Shown piece after piece: positions 60,038-64,000 of a DNA stretch of 64,000 bases. The DNA comes from Alphaproteobacteria bacterium (GTDB lineage: Bacteria > Pseudomonadota > Alphaproteobacteria > SP197). Numbering within the stretch: position 1 is the first letter of the stretch; every line of letters begins with the position of its first letter. The translations under genes were made by a program, and so were the position numbers. Where the stretch lies: the NCBI GenBank assembly GCA_965228895.1, contig OZ245842.1, positions 4,192,001 through 4,256,000 of the forward strand. The letters are read 5' to 3'. The notes beneath the pieces are model-generated. The model ran no database searches. It was not told the origin of the DNA and saw nothing but the letters and a program-made list of their open reading frames with translations.

Positions 60038-61087
60038 TCACGCCGATGCTGCTGTCCTCTCGGTCCTGGCAACGGCGAACTCGGTGTAGTGGTCGCCGGC
60101 CGTCAGCACCGCCCAGGCGATGCGCACCAGCTTGTTGGCGAGCGCCACGATGGCGACGTTGCGGTGCCGTCGCTCGAGCACCCCGTTCACCCAAAGGCCC
60201 AGTCGTGTTCGTTTGCCCTCAAGCGAACGCATCGCCGCCCGCGCGCCGTGAATGAACAAGCGTCGCAAGTAGGCATTGCCGTGCTTGGTGATGCCGAGCA
60301 GCTTAGGCTTGCCGCCGGTTGTCACCTGCCGCGGCACCAGGCCCATCCAGGCCGCCAGATCGCGCCCGGACTCGAAAGCCTCCCCTTTGCCGATCGCCGC
60401 CACCAGCGCCGTTGCCGTCAGTGGGCCGATCCCCGGGATCTCGACCAGCCGCCGCGTTGCTTCGTCCTGGCGCGCCAGCATGACGAACTCTGCATCGAGG
60501 TCGGCAACCCGGTCGTCAAGGACCCGCCACTCACCTCGAAGCTCCTCGATCAGCGTCCGGATGCGTTCGCTCAGGCCCACGCTCTCGTCAGCCAGGATCT
60601 CCGGTAACGCCCGCACCAAGTGATACTTGCCCTTCGGCACCATGATGCCGCGCTCCAGCAGAATGCCCCGGATCTGATTGATCAGCGCCGTACGCTGCTG
60701 TACGACCCGCTCGCGCACCCGGTGCAGGGTCTGCAGGTCGAGCTGACCCTGGCTCTTCACTGTCACAAACCTCATCGTCGGACGTAACGCCGCCTCGGCA
60801 ATCGCCTCCGCGTCCCGATCGTCGTTCTTCTGCGACTTCACGAACGGCTTCACATATTGCGGTGCGATCAGCCGCACGTCGTAATCCAGGTCCAGCAGCT
60901 GCCGGCCCACGTAGTGCGCCCCGCAACACGACTCCATCGCTACCGCACATACCGGCAGGGTTGAAAGGACCGGCACCAGACCCGAACGCTTCACACGCCG
61001 TGACATCACCACCTGTCCTTGTTCGTCAAGACCAGCAAGACTGCAAACGCTCTTGCCCAAATCAACGCCCACAATAACAATGCTCAT
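60038..61087 (-). CDS. IS110 family DEDD transposase/recombinase
   Basis: GVDLGK, AMESC, KNDDRDAEAI, IPGIGPLTA, GLVPRQVTTGGK, ALANKLVRIAW. Confidence 0.95.
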   Translation of the reverse strand: MSIVIVGVDLGKSVCSLAGLDEQGQVVMSRRVKRSGLVPVLSTLPVCAVAMESCCGAHYVGRQLLDLDYDVRLIAPQYVKPFVKSQKNDDRDAEAIAEAALRPTMRFVTVKSQGQLDLQTLHRVRERVVQQRTALINQIRGILLERGIMVPKGKYHLVRALPEILADESVGLSERIRTLIEELRGEWRVLDDRVADLDAEFVMLARQDEATRRLVEIPGIGPLTATALVAAIGKGEAFESGRDLAAWMGLVPRQVTTGGKPKLLGITKHGNAYLRRLFIHGARAAMRSLEGKRTRLGLWVNGVLERRHRNVAIVALANKLVRIAWAVLTAGDHYTEFAVARTERTAASA

Positions 61088-61297
61088 CGGTCTGCTCCTC
61101 TCGCTTTGGATCACTCACAAATCCAGAGTACCCCACCAAGGGGTGGGAGCAGGCCATCCCATAAATATTTAGACCGAACAGGGAAATGTTTCCGTGGATC
61201 AGAGAATCGTCGCACGCGCTCAGGGAACGCACCCTTGGCGGGAGCCGGACTGATCTGAACTGTTCTCCTTTCCGTTTTTGAACGAAAGAAGATCGAG

Positions 61298-61510
61298 ATG
61301 ACGGACGATACCGGGCCGCGGGCTCGCGTTCTGGCGGGCGCATCACGAGACGTTCTAGCGTAGTGACCTGAATCAGCGGGAGTATTGCGTGGCTCACGGC
61401 CTGTCGCAGAAGGCGTTCGGGAACTGGCGCGCGAAGTTCAAGGCCGAGCCTCAGGCGCCGACGCACAAGCTGTTGTACCGGCGGGGCGGCGTAAGTCACA
61501 CCAGTCAAAT
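61298..61510 (+). pseudogene. IS66 TnpA-like accessory gene remnant
   Basis: AFWRAHHETF*RSDLNQREYC.AHGLSQKAFGNWRAKFK with an in-frame TAG. Confidence 0.65.
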
Positions 61511-61670
61511 GACTTATCTCTCATTGGCGCTGTCTGCGGTCCCTATCGTCCCGTATGACCTGACAGTTTCACCTGATCTTCTCGCATCAGCGCAGGACTG
61601 GCGGTACCGGGTCAAGAACCGCCTTTACGGGATCGCGAGATCGATCGCCTCTAATCGACCAATATCTCTC

Positions 61671-61701
61671 TTGAACCTCTAGTAACTGTAGAGTTCATGC
61701 T
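61671..61701 (+). promoter_or_regulatory. MerR-family (CadR/PbrR-type) metal-responsive promoter/operator
   Basis: TTGAAC-19 bp-CATGCT with dyad CTCTAGTAACTGTAGAG. Confidence 0.65.
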
Positions 61702-62200
61702 AGAGGAATTGATAGACGAAGGTTGGCGTTGTGCTACCGGTTGACCATGTCATGAGCGATGGTGGTGAACAGAAAGTGCGGCATGAACCGACGACTCGGA
61801 CAGTTGTGCCTCCCGTCACGGTATCGCTGCAATCGGTGGTAACAGGGCAAAAACGTTCGGCCTCCCCATGGCCGCTTGTTCCATCTCATTGAAGTCATCT
61901 GAGGTGACTGTCGACATGTATCTGCATTTGGCGACCTCGCATGATGAACTCACTCTCGTTTCAGGATACACGGCATGACGTGTACAGCCCGAGTGGAACG
62001 CAGGAGTTGAAAAAACCTGTCAAGAATTGGAGTTGTCCGAACAGTAATCATAGCAGTCTGCTGCATTGTGACCGCACCCATGATGACCTTCGCACCTTGA
62101 TCCCCCTGTACTCATCGGCCGGCTCGGCTATGTACATTTTCCGCACCGGTAGAATTCAAAGCACTTCTATCTACCCCAATTGGAAGATGCAGTCGGCGTG

Positions 62201-62410
62201 ATGAACACGCGATACACAATGACCTGCCCGCATGGGCACCAACACACTGAAACCACACCCAGCGACATTGGTCAGCTCTTCGTTACCCGTGCCCATTATG
62301 GCGAAGGTTTGCCGCCCAACACGCGCAACTGCTGCGTCTTCTGTCAAGACGGTACGGCGCCGTGCCCTCCAATTCGATGCGCCAAAGGGCTAGATGAAAA
62401 GCCTGATTGA
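62201..62410 (+). CDS. Degenerate GDCCVxC-domain small Cys-rich protein (possible pseudogene)
   Basis: TCPH...TETTP...NCCVFC.DG..PCPPI; several expected Cys are lost. Confidence 0.55.
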   Translation: MNTRYTMTCPHGHQHTETTPSDIGQLFVTRAHYGEGLPPNTRNCCVFCQDGTAPCPPIRCAKGLDEKPD

Positions 62411-62945
62411 TACGATCGTTGGCAAGTTGAACGGGCCATGGTTTGGAAACAGCAGAACGCTGAGACGACTGGCGTTGGCTGCAGCGTTAACCACCGGGAT
62501 CGTTGCACTCGATCAGTTCACCAAGTGGCTCGCCGAAAACATCATGCAGGGCACTACTCAACCCCTCAATGTGACAGCGTTCTTCAATCTCGTGCTGAGC
62601 TATAATCGCGGGGTCAGCTTTGGTTTGTTGAGCACACAACACCCCCTCATGCCTTATGTGCTGGGCACGGTGGCTTTGGCTCTGATCGTCCTGCTTGGCC
62701 TATGGCTCTGGCGTACGTCAAGCTCTCTTCTGGCAATCGGGCTCACCTGTGTTTTTGCCGGCGCGATCAGCAACGCGGTCGATAGGATGCACGATGGTGC
62801 CGTTACAGATTTCTTGGACTTCTATGCTGGAAGTTACCATTGGCCAACGTTTAACCTGGCCGATGTCGCCATTTCATGTGGCGTCTTCGTCATTGTTTTC
62901 GAGACGTTCTTGATCAATCCGGACCGACGGAGCAACAAGACGTAA
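62394..62945 (+). CDS. lspA: Lipoprotein signal peptidase II
   Basis: LDQFTK, YNRGVSFG, GAISNAVDR, GAVTDFLD, WPTFNLAD. Confidence 0.93.
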   Translation: MKSLIDTIVGKLNGPWFGNSRTLRRLALAAALTTGIVALDQFTKWLAENIMQGTTQPLNVTAFFNLVLSYNRGVSFGLLSTQHPLMPYVLGTVALALIVLLGLWLWRTSSSLLAIGLTCVFAGAISNAVDRMHDGAVTDFLDFYAGSYHWPTFNLADVAISCGVFVIVFETFLINPDRRSNKT

Positions 62946-63500
62946 GGGATCGCAATGAACGCCCCGCTACACGCCGAATGTGTGAAGCCAGACAAAAAGG
63001 CACGGCTATCAAACGGCGGAGAATCTCGCTTCTTAGGCACTGAAGAAGAACCGGATAGCGTAGGCTACGACGCCAACTATCGTGATTGCCGCTGCACAAG
63101 CGGCGAGAACAACGAAAGCGCGGACTAGGATCTTCTGCATCATCAGAACTCTCCCGTATCAGCACACTCAACAGCCACAGCCACTCACGTTCATTCGGTT
63201 ACCGCGCGCCATCGTGATGGCAGCGCTCCTTCCTTATCGGTGCGGCAAGCTTTGATCGGCCGTGAACCATCATCAAGCAGTTGCAGCGTACGCCTGGAAT
63301 GAACGAGGCGACCTACGCAGCAATTTCTGATGCGATGGTTCGCATGACTTTGTGCGACGTGACTGATCTGCCGACACAACATGCTTAGACTTGACGATGT
63401 CATGGCACTGCACGGTCGCGTGGATCTCCTCGCAGCCGCAGCAGTGCGCCAAACTCACTCTGGTGATGATCCGCTGTCCCGCTACTTTAAATTTGCGCTG

Positions 63501-63531
63501 ACTTTAGGACCTACAGCAGCTGTAGGATCAA
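63501..63531 (-). promoter_or_regulatory. Second MerR-family promoter/operator
   Basis: Minus strand TTGATC-19 bp-TAAAGT with perfect dyad CCTACAGC-n-GCTGTAGG. Confidence 0.65.
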
Positions 63532-63783
63532 GTGAACAAATCCCAATGGAAACATCACTGGTGTGTCTTTGTGCTGCAAGCGTTGGGCCGGTAGTGTCAC
63601 ATCAACGTGCCGCAGTCAGGCTAAGAAGACTAACCTCACGACCGGGTGATGATGGCATGTTGTGAATGACCATCAGTGTGCCGCCTTCTAGTTCTAAGCG
63701 GTATGATCTCAGCAGCAAGATCGATGCTCATCCATTGGACCACAGCGGCCTGACACCACTACGGAGAAGTTGAGAATCGGAAC

Positions 63784-64000
63784 ATGATCACACGACGAAA
63801 AGTGCTTCACATCGGAGTATTCGTTGCGGCGATGCTGCAGCTATCAAGTATGGCCTTGGCCCAGGAACCACTGCCCGACATGATAGTGGGTGATTCTGAC
63901 GCGCCGGTCGAAATCATCGAGTACGCCTCTATGACCTGCCCGCACTGTGCGGCATTCCACACCGATACACTGCCAACAATCAAAGAACGCTATATCGATA
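63784..64000 (+). CDS. DsbA-family thioredoxin-fold protein, 3'-partial
   Basis: MITRRKVL...G..DAPVEIIEYASMTCPHCAAFH; runs off the window end. Confidence 0.9.
   Translation, partial: MITRRKVLHIGVFVAAMLQLSSMALAQEPLPDMIVGDSDAPVEIIEYASMTCPHCAAFHTDTLPTIKERYID

Larger units (their letters stand above)
59748..61164 (-). mobile_element. Complete IS110-family element, IS1111 group
   Basis: Perfect 13-bp subterminal IRs (ATGGCCTGCTCCC 59751-59763 and GGGAGCAGGCCAT 61145-61157), with 3-nt and 7-nt outer extensions assigned by analogy to IS1111. No target duplication; long non-coding region downstream of the transposase. Confidence 0.88.

Overview
GC-rich accessory region, probably from an alphaproteobacterium (inferred from gene content). 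It has no rRNA, tRNA or CRISPR. Positions 1-19.7 kb hold part of a lipopeptide-type FAAL/PKS/NRPS cluster: a terminal E-C-PCP-TE NRPS end lacking an A domain, a PhyH dioxygenase, a type II thioesterase, an ABC exporter with a cNMP-binding domain, FAAL-ACP, a KS-AT-ACP-aminotransferase-C-A(Asp)-PCP-E protein and an IPNS-like oxygenase. The rest of the window is a mosaic of unrelated modules: a glycan-modification cluster; an orphan SBP with broken mlrC and amidase genes; a T1SS with a lysozyme-like repeat protein; a multicopper oxidase plus heme-c protein; a triuret-hydrolase-like/urea transporter operon; a quaternary-amine catabolic operon; and a decayed heavy-metal island. The strongest unexplained signal is a directly repeated ~200-250 bp non-coding element at ~21.6, 32.3, 45.5 and 59.5 kb, which marks several module borders. 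Three copies start with a 28-bp dif/XerCD-like site sharing the spacer TCTGCA. IS1202-type ends sit next to the XerC-like arm of two copies. An IS1111 element, whose non-coding RNA region matches its target, is inserted in the last copy. All family assignments come from motifs read by eye; no database searches were run.
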